A stretch of 46,302 bases of DNA from an uncultured Alphaproteobacteria bacterium (GCA_903879805.1 CAIRMX010000004.1:1-46302); one strand, 5' to 3'. Shown: positions 17,113 through 28,498, numbered from the stretch's first letter. A program made the numbers and translations. Notes: generated by a model not told the origin, from the sequence alone.

Positions 17113-18336
17113 TTAAGAAATTTTTTGATTTTCTATTGCCGCCGCAAGAGCTGCAAGCCTTGCTACTAGCGAGTAGATTGACACCATTTTATTTTTTTCT
17201 AAACCAAGTTTTAGTTGGTTTTCCAACAAAGTTTCTAAGTCAAAAAAGCTAGCGCCAGCTGAATTTAAACTGATTTTTTCATCGCGAGATTCATTAACAC
17301 GAAACAGGTTTCCAACCACTTGGCCGTTGATTAGGTAAATCATCGGTTCAGCAATTTTATCGTCAATTTTGTCGAGAGTTTTAATGCCTTCTTGCACCAT
17401 CACCTGCGTGGTTTGTACTGAACCTTTGAGCATGTTCATTTTATTGCGCTCTTTCTTATTTATTTCCAAAACTTCTGTTCCAGAAAAAACCGGCCAAACC
17501 GCAATTCCGTAGGTTCCGTTATCAGCTTTAATGTAGCAATAAGGATCATCCGCAACACCATATTCTTGATATTTCTTGCGCAGATTTTCGATCATTAAAT
17601 CGACATTTTTAGCCAAATCTTCGAGGCCTTTTTGCTCTTTAAAATTCACATCTTTGTGCGACGTGTGCATTGAAGAAATCAGCCAAGGATCAATTTCTAA
17701 AATTTGCGCTAACTCGCCAGCCAATTGGTTGTAAATGTCAAAATGCTGCGACTTGGTTCTGCGATGCCAGCCCATATTTTTTGAAGGAACAATCGGGGTT
17801 GTTACATCTGCAAAAATTTCAGGAATGCCGTCAGTTAAATCATTATTTAACACAATCACATCAGCTTCGAACCCATCAATTGTAGAAATTTTTTCAGCTT
17901 TTTTAATAACAGGATGAAGCGTGATGAAGTGTCCATTTTCTAGGTCAATTTCAACTTTCTCAGCAAGCAAAGTTCCAACCAAAACCTCTGCGCTTGCCGA
18001 TAAAATTTCCTGCAAATAACGCACATTTTCAAGATAGCGCAAATTGCGCGTGTGGTTTTCGGGGATGATTAAAATCTTTTTTGCTTGCGGAAAATTTTTG
18101 CTAAAAAAATCACGGGCGATAATTTTAGCCTTTTCTTTTGAAACTTCAGAAAGGTTGTTAAAGCCAGCCGGAAAGCAGTTGGTGTCAATTGGCGCGATCT
18201 TTGTTTGAGAGTGCCTAAGATCAACTGAATTGTAAAAAAGCGCCGGATTTTGTTGAAATTTTTTTGCAAAAAAATCTTCAATTTCTTGAGTTTTGTCGCT
18301 GATTTTTTGCCAAAGAATTTCGGTAATTTTTTGCAT
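17113..18336 (-). CDS. gshA: Glutamate--cysteine ligase, divergent TIGR02049-type GshA
   Basis: SVDLR...APIDTNCFPAGFNNL, PENHTRN, LNNDL, KADNGTYG, QEGI, AEP motifs. Confidence 0.9.
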   Translation of the reverse strand: MQKITEILWQKISDKTQEIEDFFAKKFQQNPALFYNSVDLRHSQTKIAPIDTNCFPAGFNNLSEVSKEKAKIIARDFFSKNFPQAKKILIIPENHTRNLRYLENVRYLQEILSASAEVLVGTLLAEKVEIDLENGHFITLHPVIKKAEKISTIDGFEADVIVLNNDLTDGIPEIFADVTTPIVPSKNMGWHRRTKSQHFDIYNQLAGELAQILEIDPWLISSMHTSHKDVNFKEQKGLEDLAKNVDLMIENLRKKYQEYGVADDPYCYIKADNGTYGIAVWPVFSGTEVLEINKKERNKMNMLKGSVQTTQVMVQEGIKTLDKIDDKIAEPMIYLINGQVVGNLFRVNESRDEKISLNSAGASFFDLETLLENQLKLGLEKNKMVSIYSLVARLAALAAAIENQKIS

Positions 18337-18346
18337 TAGATAATTT

Positions 18347-18631
18347 TTAGTTGGTGAAATTTCCGGCGTAAGATTTCTGTTTTACTGACGCAACTTTTGG
18401 CTCTTCAATTTCAAAAACAAAATTACGACTTTGAGCAAATTTGATCGCCTCTTCTTTGCTGGCAAATTCAAAACGAAATTGCGACGAAGTGTCGCTTGCC
18501 GAAACCCAGCCGGTCACCGTATTTACTGATCTGATATTGGCTTCTTCAATTGGCGTCACCAACCATTTTTTGGTGTTTCTTTTGCCTGATTGCATTGCTG
18601 ATTTGGTCGGGCGAGAGATTTTTACTTTCAT
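18347..18631 (-). CDS. ETC complex I subunit conserved region (NDUFS4-like)
   Basis: PTKSAMQSG, GW-x-S-x-x-DT, F-x-SKEEAI-x-FA, KSYA-x-NF. Confidence 0.9.
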   Translation of the reverse strand: MKVKISRPTKSAMQSGKRNTKKWLVTPIEEANIRSVNTVTGWVSASDTSSQFRFEFASKEEAIKFAQSRNFVFEIEEPKVASVKQKSYAGNFTN

Positions 18632-18661
18632 GTTTTTAGAGATTTAGAGTTTAACAAATAT

Positions 18662-20425
18662 TTATTTTCCTACCGCAACACCTTCGCGCCTAGGATCAGC
18701 GCCGCCGGTGATTTTATTTTTTTCGAGCACCACTGCACTAATTCCACTAACAATTTCAATCACTTTAGTTTCGTGGCCCATCTTATTCAAAGCTGATTTT
18801 AAATTTGTGATATTTTGATTTTTCTCCAATTCCACCACATCATTTAAAACCACAAATGACGGCAGAGCAATCGCCTGCTGCACATCCAAACCAAAATCGA
18901 GATGATTCACAATCGCTTTTACAACAAATTGAATAATTCTCGGACCTCCGGGGGATCCTACAACCATCAGCAATTTGCCCTTCTCGTCAAAAACAAAAGT
19001 TGGCGACATTGAACTGCGCGGTTGTTTGTGTGGCTCAAGACGATTGGCAACTTTTTTGCCATTTTTTTGCGGCTCAAAAGAAAAATCTGCAAGCTGATTA
19101 TTTAGTAAGAAACCATCAACCGACAAGGCAGAGCCGAAGAAATATTCAATCGAGCTAGTCATTGCAACAGCATTGCCCTCAGCATCCACAATCGACATGT
19201 GAGTGGTTGAAGGCATTTCTGCCGCTTTGTTATTTAGCGTCAGATTTTTATTTTCGGGAGTAAATTTTCCAGCTTCTACTTTGGCAATTGCGTGATTTTG
19301 ATCAATCAAAGCGGCGCGAGATTTTAGGTATTTTTTATCAAGAAGTTTCGCCAAAGGAACCAGCGAAGAATCGCCCAAATACTCATTGCGGTCAGCGTAA
19401 GCCAAACGCGTTGCTTCAATAATTAAATGCACACTTTCCGCTGAATTTGGCTGCAATTTTGCTAAGTCAAAATTTTCCAAGATCCCTAAAATCTGCAACA
19501 TTGTCGCGCCACTCGAAGGTAATGGCATTGTACATACTTTATATTTCACACGATATTTAGCGCAAAGTAGCTCGCCTTTTTTGACACGGTAATTTTTTAG
19601 GTCACTTGCCGACAAATATCCCGCATTGGTTTTGGAATTTTGAACTGCACTGACAATATCATTTGTGATCTTGCCGTTGTAGAAGTCGTTAATTCCTTCT
19701 TTAGCAATTTTTCTAAAAGTTGTAGCCAGTTTTTTATTGGTAATTTTTTCACCAACCGCAAAAGGTTTGCCGTTTTTATTCAAATAAATTTCCGCAGTTT
19801 CGTCGAATTTTTTTAAGTAAGAAATGCTTGCCGAAAGATTGTGGAATCTCTCGCTCACCACAAATCCACCATCGGCAATTGCAATTGCTGGCTCAAAAAG
19901 TTGTGCCCAAGGCAACTTGCCGTATTTTTTGTGTGTTTCTTTCATCAGTTTTAAAGCACCCGGAACACCTACAGACATGCCGCCCTGCACCACATCGTTA
20001 AATTCACGCGGCTTGCCATTTTTATCCAAAAACATGTCGCTTTTAGAATTTGCCGGAGCGGTTTCGCGACCGTTAAAGTAAACTGTTTGGCCAGTTTTTT
20101 TGTCGTAATAAAGTAACAATGCCCCGCCACCGATGCCCGAAGAATGCGGTTCCACAACATTCAAAACCAATTGCGTTGCAATCATCGCATCAATTGCGTT
20201 GCCGCCTTTTGCCAACATTTCAGCACCAGCTTTGCTCGAAAGTTCGGTTGCAGACGCCACCATGTATTTTGTACCTTCGACAATTTTTAAATCACGAAAT
20301 CCCGAATCAGGCTCGCCCACCCAAACATCTGAAAGGCTAAATGAGCTTTTGTGATTTTTATGGGTGCAGGCGGGAAACGTCAAAACCGCAAAAATCAGGA
20401 AAATTTTGAGAAGATTATTTTTCAT
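18662..20425 (-). CDS. ggt: Gamma-glutamyltranspeptidase, predicted lipoprotein
   Basis: GGNAIDA, SGIGGG, STTHMS (Thr nucleophile), PRSSMSP, GSPGG, GGADPRR; lipobox-like FPAC. Confidence 0.96.
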   Translation of the reverse strand: MKNNLLKIFLIFAVLTFPACTHKNHKSSFSLSDVWVGEPDSGFRDLKIVEGTKYMVASATELSSKAGAEMLAKGGNAIDAMIATQLVLNVVEPHSSGIGGGALLLYYDKKTGQTVYFNGRETAPANSKSDMFLDKNGKPREFNDVVQGGMSVGVPGALKLMKETHKKYGKLPWAQLFEPAIAIADGGFVVSERFHNLSASISYLKKFDETAEIYLNKNGKPFAVGEKITNKKLATTFRKIAKEGINDFYNGKITNDIVSAVQNSKTNAGYLSASDLKNYRVKKGELLCAKYRVKYKVCTMPLPSSGATMLQILGILENFDLAKLQPNSAESVHLIIEATRLAYADRNEYLGDSSLVPLAKLLDKKYLKSRAALIDQNHAIAKVEAGKFTPENKNLTLNNKAAEMPSTTHMSIVDAEGNAVAMTSSIEYFFGSALSVDGFLLNNQLADFSFEPQKNGKKVANRLEPHKQPRSSMSPTFVFDEKGKLLMVVGSPGGPRIIQFVVKAIVNHLDFGLDVQQAIALPSFVVLNDVVELEKNQNITNLKSALNKMGHETKVIEIVSGISAVVLEKNKITGGADPRREGVAVGK

Positions 20426-22289
20426 ATTTTGCGCGAAAGATTTTAAAAATTGCAGAAGAGAAAATCAGAAAGCAACCTGACCAGATCAAGTAAATGAAGG
20501 GTTTGTAATAGGCGCGTACGGCGTAATTTTCTTCTTCATCCTTATTGCCAATCACTAAATAAAGGTCACCAAAAATTCCATGTTTGATGGAAGCTTCGTT
20601 GGTGGTTTGCTCGGAAATCGGGTAATAGCGCAGTTGTGGCGCGAGTTGACCAATTTCTTTGTCACCTTTTAAAATCACAAAATTGCCTTGGCGCGCTAGA
20701 AAATTTTTGCCCAAAGCATGTTCAATATCGATAAATTTAATTTCGTAATTGGCGATTTTTAGGGACTGGCCTTGCTTTAAATTAATCTCTTTTGTCAGCC
20801 CGAAAGACGAAGTTAGAACAATGCCAATGACAATTATGGAAAAACCAAAATGCGCCAAAGTCATGGCGATATTTTTGCGCGAAAGTAGCGTGATTAAGGC
20901 CGAGAAAATCGCCAAAAATAAAATAACAATTTGCAAAATATCAGCGCTTTTTTGGTAGAAAAAAGTGAGCGCCGTAATTGCCGCTGATGCCAATAAAACC
21001 AAGATGATTGGGCGATTATTGAAGCTAGATTTTTGTGAGTAACTCAACTGATTTGAAATCGCCAAAAACGCCAAGAAGGGCACGATTAAAATGCTGAAAA
21101 TTTTATTGTAGTAATCCGGCCCAATTGAAATGAATTGGTCGAAAAATCCGCGAGAAAAAATCGGGTAAATCGTGCCTAAAAGCACAACGAATAAAGAGAT
21201 GATCAGCACGTAATTATTGAACAAAATCGCGCCGATTTTGGACCAGAAGAAAATCTTTTTTTCGTCACTTTTTAGCTTCGACATTTTGGCGCCAAAAATT
21301 AGCAACCCGCCGCCACCAATTAACAAAATTAATCCGATGACGAAGAAGCCGCGCTTGGCATCAATGGCGAATGAATGCACTGAGGTCAAGACGCCAGAGC
21401 GCACGAGGAAAATGCCAAAGAGGCATAAAATGAAAGTAAGAACTGCTAAAAATGCGGTCCAAATTTTGAAAATTTCTTTTTTTTCTAACATCTTCAAGCA
21501 ATGCACCAAAGCGGTGGCAGCAATCCAAGGCATTAGCGAAATATTTTCCACCGGATCCCAAAACCAATAACCTCCCCAACCTAGCTCACGATAGGCCCAC
21601 CAAGATCCAAGACCAATTCCCAAAGTCAAAAATCCGTAAGAAAAAAACAGCCAGTTTTTTAAATTAGCGGCGAATTTTTGGTCGATTCTTTCGGTGAGAA
21701 GTCCGGCGATGGCGAATGAAAAAATTAGTGAGAAGCCGATATATCCGGTGTAAAGCATTGGCGGATGAAGCGCTAGGCCGATATCTTGCAGAAGCGGATT
21801 AAGGCCGAGCCCCGCTTCTGGAGCCGGAAAAATTCTTTCAAATGGGTTAGAAGTAAAAGCGGTGAAAGCAGCGAGAAGACCGATAATTGCTGATTGCGAC
21901 GAGCTGACGATGAGCTTTTGTTTAATGTCGATTTTGCTCAAAAGTGCGAAGCCGAAGCTGTAGGCTGAGATGATTGAAATCAATAGCAGCATTGATCCTT
22001 CGTGATTGCCCCAGCTACCGGAAATTTTGTAGATGAAAGGTTTTAAGTGGTGCGAATTTTGGTAAACATTGGCGACGGAATAGTCGGAGATGAGGAAGGA
22101 ATAAATTAAACAGCACTGCGTGAGAATCGCAGCGATTAGGGTTGCAGCGCTTAAAGCGAGAGTGATTTTTTCTAATTCGAGAAGTTTGGCGTGGGTGGTT
22201 TTTTTGAAAGAGATAAAGCTAAAAATCGGCAGGAAGATGCTAATTGAGAGGACTAATAGCAGTAGGGCAAAACCGATTATTGGGGACAT
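20415..22289 (-). CDS. ccmF: Cytochrome c heme lyase CcmF
   Basis: WGNHEGS, HPPMLY, WGGYWFWDPVEN, SVHSFA. Confidence 0.96.
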   Translation of the reverse strand: MSPIIGFALLLLVLSISIFLPIFSFISFKKTTHAKLLELEKITLALSAATLIAAILTQCCLIYSFLISDYSVANVYQNSHHLKPFIYKISGSWGNHEGSMLLLISIISAYSFGFALLSKIDIKQKLIVSSSQSAIIGLLAAFTAFTSNPFERIFPAPEAGLGLNPLLQDIGLALHPPMLYTGYIGFSLIFSFAIAGLLTERIDQKFAANLKNWLFFSYGFLTLGIGLGSWWAYRELGWGGYWFWDPVENISLMPWIAATALVHCLKMLEKKEIFKIWTAFLAVLTFILCLFGIFLVRSGVLTSVHSFAIDAKRGFFVIGLILLIGGGGLLIFGAKMSKLKSDEKKIFFWSKIGAILFNNYVLIISLFVVLLGTIYPIFSRGFFDQFISIGPDYYNKIFSILIVPFLAFLAISNQLSYSQKSSFNNRPIILVLLASAAITALTFFYQKSADILQIVILFLAIFSALITLLSRKNIAMTLAHFGFSIIVIGIVLTSSFGLTKEINLKQGQSLKIANYEIKFIDIEHALGKNFLARQGNFVILKGDKEIGQLAPQLRYYPISEQTTNEASIKHGIFGDLYLVIGNKDEEENYAVRAYYKPFIYLIWSGCFLIFSSAIFKIFRAKYEK

Positions 22290-22313
22290 TGTTTGTTTTT
22301 CTAAATATTAGAT

Positions 22314-22434
22314 CGAGTGCTTGAATAACCACCCCAACCCCTCCTTGAAAAGGAGGGGCTTAAGATCGAGCTCGGATTAGAGTACTCCCCTCCTTTTCGT
22401 AGAGAGGGGTTGGGGGTGGTTATTCGCGAACTCG
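22314..22434. repeat. Palindromic REP-like element, family B, copy 1
   Basis: GAATAACCACCCCAACCCCTCCTTGAAAAGGAGGGG...CCCCTCCTTTTCGTAGAGAGGGGTTGGGGGTGGTTATTC. Confidence 0.88.
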
Positions 22435-22435
22435 G

Positions 22436-23854
22436 TTAAACCCTCTCCGAAATAAATTTTCTCACTAAATCAATATTATTCTCAATAACCTCAAATCTCT
22501 CTTTATCCGAAAAAAGATTTTTCAAAAAATTCGGCAAAGCCGGAGTTGGCGCACCCGCCTCAACCACCGCATCAGGAAATTTCGCCGGATGAGCTGTGGC
22601 TAAAGTCACCACAAATTCACCTTCGTAATTTTTACTTTTAATAAATTCTTGCGCCGCGAAAGCACCAATTGCGGTATGTGGATCAAGCGTTTCACCGGTT
22701 TTATCAAAAAATTCTTTAATGGTTTTTTTGGTAGTCGCGTCATCAACCGCGTAAGCGTCGAATTCTTTTTGAATCTTTTTTAGAATTTCATCACCAACTT
22801 TTAACGAGCCATCCTTCTCAAATTCGGCCATTAATTTTGGAAATTTTTCTTCCATTCTTTGGTTTTTGTAAGCATCAAAAATCAAACGCTCGAAATTGCT
22901 TGAAACCTGAATATTCATGCTTGGAGAGATGGTTTCAACCATCGCCGCTTTTGAGTAATTATTGGATTTTAGGAAGCGCACCAAAATGTCGTTGGAGTTG
23001 GTAGCAATCACCAATTTATTGACATTTAGACCCATTTTTTTCGCTAAATATCCAGCGTAAATATCACCAAAATTTCCGCTTGGAACTACGAATGACAGCG
23101 GGTGCTTTTCGTCACAACCAAGTCGCGCCGCCGCGTAAAAATAATAAACGATTTGCGCCATGATGCGGGCGAAGTTAATTGAATTTACCGCCACCATTTT
23201 TTTGCCTTTCAAAGCGCTCTTGCCGCTACTTTCTTCGGCAAACATTTTTTTCACCATTGATTGGCAATCGTCAAAATTTCCCTCAACTGCAATGTTGAAA
23301 ACATTGTCTGCAAGCACTGTTGTCATTTGTCTTCTTTGCACTTCAGAAACTTTATTGTGCGGGTGCAAAATAAAAATCTGGGCATTGTCGCAAGCTTTGC
23401 AGCCTTGAATTGCCGCTGATCCGGTGTCGCCAGATGTCGCGCCGACAATCACGATTTTTTCGCCGCGTTTGGTTAAAAAATAATCCAAAAGATTGCCTAA
23501 AAATTGCAGAGCAAAATCTTTAAAAGCTAAAGTTGGGCCGTGAAAAAGCTCAAGTAGAAATTCGTTGTGAGATAGCTGTTTTAGAGGTGCGATTGCGGTG
23601 TGGGAAAAATTCTGGTAAGATTTTTTGATCAAACCTTGGTAAGTTTTGGCATCAATTTCACCATCAATAAAATGGCGAGTAACTTCAAAAAATAACTCTT
23701 CATAGGTCATTTTTCTCATGCGCGAAATATCGTGATCGCTGAATTTTGGTAAAAATTCCGGAACGTAAAGTCCGCCGTCACTGGCCAGTCCTTGCAAAAC
23801 CACTTCTTCAAAAGAAAGGGCAGGTGCGTCAAGACGCGTTGAGATAAATTTCAT
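22436..23854 (-). CDS. thrC: Threonine synthase
   Basis: GLASDGGLYVP, FHGPTLAFKD (PLP Lys), ATSGDTG, PSGNFGD, TAHPAKF. Confidence 0.97.
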   Translation of the reverse strand: MKFISTRLDAPALSFEEVVLQGLASDGGLYVPEFLPKFSDHDISRMRKMTYEELFFEVTRHFIDGEIDAKTYQGLIKKSYQNFSHTAIAPLKQLSHNEFLLELFHGPTLAFKDFALQFLGNLLDYFLTKRGEKIVIVGATSGDTGSAAIQGCKACDNAQIFILHPHNKVSEVQRRQMTTVLADNVFNIAVEGNFDDCQSMVKKMFAEESSGKSALKGKKMVAVNSINFARIMAQIVYYFYAAARLGCDEKHPLSFVVPSGNFGDIYAGYLAKKMGLNVNKLVIATNSNDILVRFLKSNNYSKAAMVETISPSMNIQVSSNFERLIFDAYKNQRMEEKFPKLMAEFEKDGSLKVGDEILKKIQKEFDAYAVDDATTKKTIKEFFDKTGETLDPHTAIGAFAAQEFIKSKNYEGEFVVTLATAHPAKFPDAVVEAGAPTPALPNFLKNLFSDKERFEVIENNIDLVRKFISERV

Positions 23855-23934
23855 GGATCAATGTTTGATTTTTGAAGGGGGATTTTTAACTTGAATTTAT
23901 ACAAAATTTTTAAGGCCAACCTAAATTGAAGTCA

Positions 23935-24444
23935 ATGTCAGCTCAAGCAACTCAAGGCCAGAAGAAATCTCAAGAAAAACCAGACTATCTTTACCGCAGC
24001 GGCGTTGGCATCATGCTAATTAATGCGCGAAAAGAAATTTTTGTTGGCAAGAGAATCGACAATAACTCCGATGCTTGGCAAATGCCCCAAGGCGGCTTGG
24101 ATGTTGGCGAAAGCGAAGATGCTGCGATGTTTCGCGAACTCAAAGAAGAAACCGGAATTGATGAATCTAACATTAAAGTTCTAAGAAAAAGTCACGGGCA
24201 TCGCTACTACAACCTGCCCTACAAGCTGCAAAAAAAATTCTGGGGCGGCAAATATTTAGGACAAAAACAACGCTGGTATTTAGCTGAATTTATTGGCGAT
24301 GAAACCGCGATTAATATTGCCACCGAACATCCAGAATTTTCTGACTGGAAATGGATCGCCGGCAGCGAAATAATCGGCGCCATTGTTGGCTTTAAGCGCG
24401 AGCTTTATGAAGATGTTTTAGGTGAGTTTGTTGGGTTTTTGTAG
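23935..24444 (+). CDS. rppH: RNA pyrophosphohydrolase (Nudix)
   Basis: YRSGVG, WQMPQGG...RELKEETG Nudix box, GQKQRW, PEF..WKW. Start ATG 23935 or TTG 23926. Confidence 0.93.
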   Translation: MSAQATQGQKKSQEKPDYLYRSGVGIMLINARKEIFVGKRIDNNSDAWQMPQGGLDVGESEDAAMFRELKEETGIDESNIKVLRKSHGHRYYNLPYKLQKKFWGGKYLGQKQRWYLAEFIGDETAINIATEHPEFSDWKWIAGSEIIGAIVGFKRELYEDVLGEFVGFL

Positions 24445-24461
24445 GCTCTAATTACAATCAC

Positions 24462-25364
24462 CTAAACCGCCGGAGCATTTTTCGATTTGAAAAAATTCTG
24501 CTTCGAAAGATTCAAAATAAATTTCATGCTCACCAAAATCGTCACGCATCCGATGATTTTGCTTGCTGTAATTTCCTCTCCCAAAAACATCGCACCGAAA
24601 ATTGTGCCAAAAACCGGAATCAACAAAACCACGCTCACCGCCACTCGCGGGCCTTCTTCGGTGATTAATTTGAAATATAAAACATAGGCGATGCCGGTGC
24701 AAAGCAGGCCCAAGCCTAGTAGAGAAGAAGCAACTTTTGCGTCGATCAAGCTGAAATCGGCAAAAAATAAACTTGGCGAAAGCAGTAAAGCCACCGACAA
24801 AACGCTGCCCGCAGCCATGGTCATGGCATCAATATTTTTGCATTTGGCGTTAATGTATAAAGAGGCTCCGGCGTAAGAGGCGGTGGCAACTAAAATGGCG
24901 ATTACGGCAAAGCTGTAAGACCAAGTGATGTCTGCGGTGATGCAACCGTCGAAGTAAGTGATGACGATGCCAACAAGGCCAAACACCACGCCCAAAATTG
25001 CGTTTTTATCGACGAAACGTTTGAGGAAAAATATTGAAATCAAAACTTCAAACATCGGCACCGTGCCATCAAGAATAGCGGCGATTCCGCTATCAACGGC
25101 GCGCGAGGCCAGAGCAAATAAAGTGAAAGGAAAAGCCGAATTAAAAAAGCCAACAATGGCGTAATGTTTAAAATTTTTGGGGAGAAAAACTTTTTTTCTT
25201 TGAATCAAGCAAATGCCGTAAAGCAAAGCGCCGCCAAGCGCCAAACGCGAGAAGGCCACAAAATATGGAGATAACTCTGCAGCAGAAATTTTCGTAAAAA
25301 TCGCAAAGCTCGACCAAGTAATTCCAAGAACAATTAGAATGAATAAGTTGCTGTTTTTGTTCAT
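24462..25364 (-). CDS. EamA/DMT family transporter
   Basis: About ten TMs in two EamA repeats; WSSFA, FSRL, PVFG...LGE. Confidence 0.9.
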   Translation of the reverse strand: MNKNSNLFILIVLGITWSSFAIFTKISAAELSPYFVAFSRLALGGALLYGICLIQRKKVFLPKNFKHYAIVGFFNSAFPFTLFALASRAVDSGIAAILDGTVPMFEVLISIFFLKRFVDKNAILGVVFGLVGIVITYFDGCITADITWSYSFAVIAILVATASYAGASLYINAKCKNIDAMTMAAGSVLSVALLLSPSLFFADFSLIDAKVASSLLGLGLLCTGIAYVLYFKLITEEGPRVAVSVVLLIPVFGTIFGAMFLGEEITASKIIGCVTILVSMKFILNLSKQNFFKSKNAPAV

Positions 25365-25418
25365 AAATTTTCCTGAGTTGGATTTTTTTATGCGGTTTAT
25401 ATTGAAATTTGCTCCCGT

Positions 25419-25533
25419 AAATAAACACCCCTAACCCCTCCTTGAAAAGGAGGGGGATGCTCTAATCCGAGTTCAGAACTAAAGCCCCTCCTTTTCAAGG
25501 AGGGGTTGGGGGTGGTTATTCACAAACTCGATC
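25419..25533. repeat. Palindromic REP-like element, family B, copy 2 (inverted relative to copy 1)
   Basis: CACCCCTAACCCCTCCTTGAAAAGGAGGGG...CCCCTCCTTTTCAAGGAGGGGTTGGGGGTGGTTATT; spacer CTCTAATCCGAG is the reverse complement of CTCGGATTAGAG in copy 1. Confidence 0.88.
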
Positions 25534-25534
25534 T

Positions 25535-25585
25535 AAATAAAAAAACCCCGACTCTGAATTTCAGAATCGGGGTTTTTTATTTTTT
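25535..25585 (-). terminator. Intrinsic terminator of groESL (bidirectional shape)
   Basis: A-tract, CCCCGACTCTGAA-T-TTCAGAATCGGGG, T-tract, just downstream of the groEL stop. Confidence 0.88.
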
Positions 25586-25602
25586 CAAGAGCGACGGGGG
25601 TT

Positions 25603-27267
<1,665 letters not shown>

Positions 27268-27291
27268 TTAAGAATTTAATTTTTTACTTTA

Positions 27292-27391
27292 TTAGGTCCC
27301 TGAGCAAAGCACGTAGTGCGCCGTCGAAGGGCCTGAAAACCGATGTTCCGGCCCTTCGACGACGGCCTTCGGCCTTTGCTCAGGGACCTAA
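27292..27391. repeat. Palindromic element, family C, between groES and groEL
   Basis: TTAGGTCCCTGAGCAAAG / CTTTGCTCAGGGACCTAA outer stem and CGTCGAAGGGCC / GGCCCTTCGACG inner stem. Confidence 0.8.
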
Positions 27392-27395
27392 AACC

Positions 27396-27683
27396 TTATT
27401 CGATTACTGCTAGAATGTCTGATTCTTTTAGGATGATTAGCTCTTTGCCATCAACCTTAACTTCTGTGCCGCCCCATTTTGCGAACAAAACGCGGTCACC
27501 TTTTTTAACGTCTAAAGCAACTCTTTTGCCGTGATCGTCACGAAGTCCTTCGCCAACAGAAACTACTTTGCCTTCAGCTGGTTTTTCTTTGGCATTTTCT
27601 GGAACAATAAGGCCACCGGAAGTTTTGCTTTCGGCTTCAATGCGTTCAACAAGAACGCGATCATGTAAAGGTCTAACTTTCAT
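27396..27683 (-). CDS. groES: Co-chaperonin GroES
   Basis: [33 protein letters not shown]. Confidence 0.99.
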   Translation of the reverse strand: MKVRPLHDRVLVERIEAESKTSGGLIVPENAKEKPAEGKVVSVGEGLRDDHGKRVALDVKKGDRVLFAKWGGTEVKVDGKELIILKESDILAVIE

Positions 27684-27743
27684 GTTTAGTTTGATTTAAG
27701 AGTTGAGGAGAAAAAATTTAATCTGTGGTGCATCGAATAACTA

Positions 27744-27771
27744 ACTTAGGAAAAATTTGACGCCTTACAAG
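27744..27771 (-). promoter_or_regulatory. Putative RpoH (sigma32) promoter of groESL
   Basis: Minus strand CTTG-N17-CCTAAGT, close to the alphaproteobacterial RpoH consensus; no CIRCE seen. Confidence 0.55.
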
Positions 27772-27790
27772 TAGCTAACAAAAAAAATTA

Positions 27791-28042
27791 TTAAGCCAAC
27801 AATTCATCAAGCTTGCCTGCAGCTTCCAAAGCATAAAGATCATCACAACCACCAACATGAAAATCGCCGATAAAAATTTGCGGCACCGTCATGCGGCCGC
27901 CGGATTTTTTCATCATTTCATTTTTAGTTTCTTCGTCAGTGATTTTGATTTCAGTAAAAGCAGCACCCTTTCTTTGCAAAAGCGATTTAGCGCGCACGCA
28001 GTAAGGACAGATTTCTTTGCTGTAAACTATGATTTGTTTCAT
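27791..28042 (-). CDS. grxC: Glutaredoxin 3
   Basis: CPYC, TVPQIFI, GGCDDL. Confidence 0.96.
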   Translation of the reverse strand: MKQIIVYSKEICPYCVRAKSLLQRKGAAFTEIKITDEETKNEMMKKSGGRMTVPQIFIGDFHVGGCDDLYALEAAGKLDELLA

Positions 28043-28051
28043 TAGGAAATT

Positions 28052-28498
28052 TTAAAATGTACCCGGATTAGATAAGACTCGCTGCTGCGCTTGTATTGAG
28101 GACTGCGGTTCTACGTTATTGTAGTAAGTTGGCGGAACGTAATATTGGTCAGCATCGTAATAAGGATATTGAGTGGTGGCAGGAATTGCGTAAGGATTTG
28201 AATAAAATCTCGATCCTCCTTGCGGCGGATAGTAACCCTGCTGTTGCTGCGGATAATAATAAGGTGCTGGTTGTGGCGCTTGTTGATATTGCGGAGGATA
28301 TGGCTGCTGATAAGGCTGCTGCTGATATTTTGGCTGTCCGTAATAAAATTGATTCGAGTTTGGCGCTGCCCTACCCGGTGAAAGCGCCGCGCCACCATCA
28401 TCATTATTTATACTATCCGCACAAGATGCTACCACGGCTAAAAAGCACATTGCACAAAAATATTTTGCTGCGGTTTTAAGTAAATTTTGGAACGACAT
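28052..28498 (-). CDS. Q/P/Y-rich lipoprotein, paralog 3 of tandem family
   Basis: ATG 28498; lipobox VASC; low-complexity linker; SRFYSNPY...YDADQYYVPPTYYNNVE motif. Confidence 0.8.
   Translation of the reverse strand: MSFQNLLKTAAKYFCAMCFLAVVASCADSINNDDGGAALSPGRAAPNSNQFYYGQPKYQQQPYQQPYPPQYQQAPQPAPYYYPQQQQGYYPPQGGSRFYSNPYAIPATTQYPYYDADQYYVPPTYYNNVEPQSSIQAQQRVLSNPGTF

Noticed and set aside
27684-27790. CIRCE operator upstream of groES
   Set aside because: No TTAGCACTC-N9-GAGTGCTAA present.
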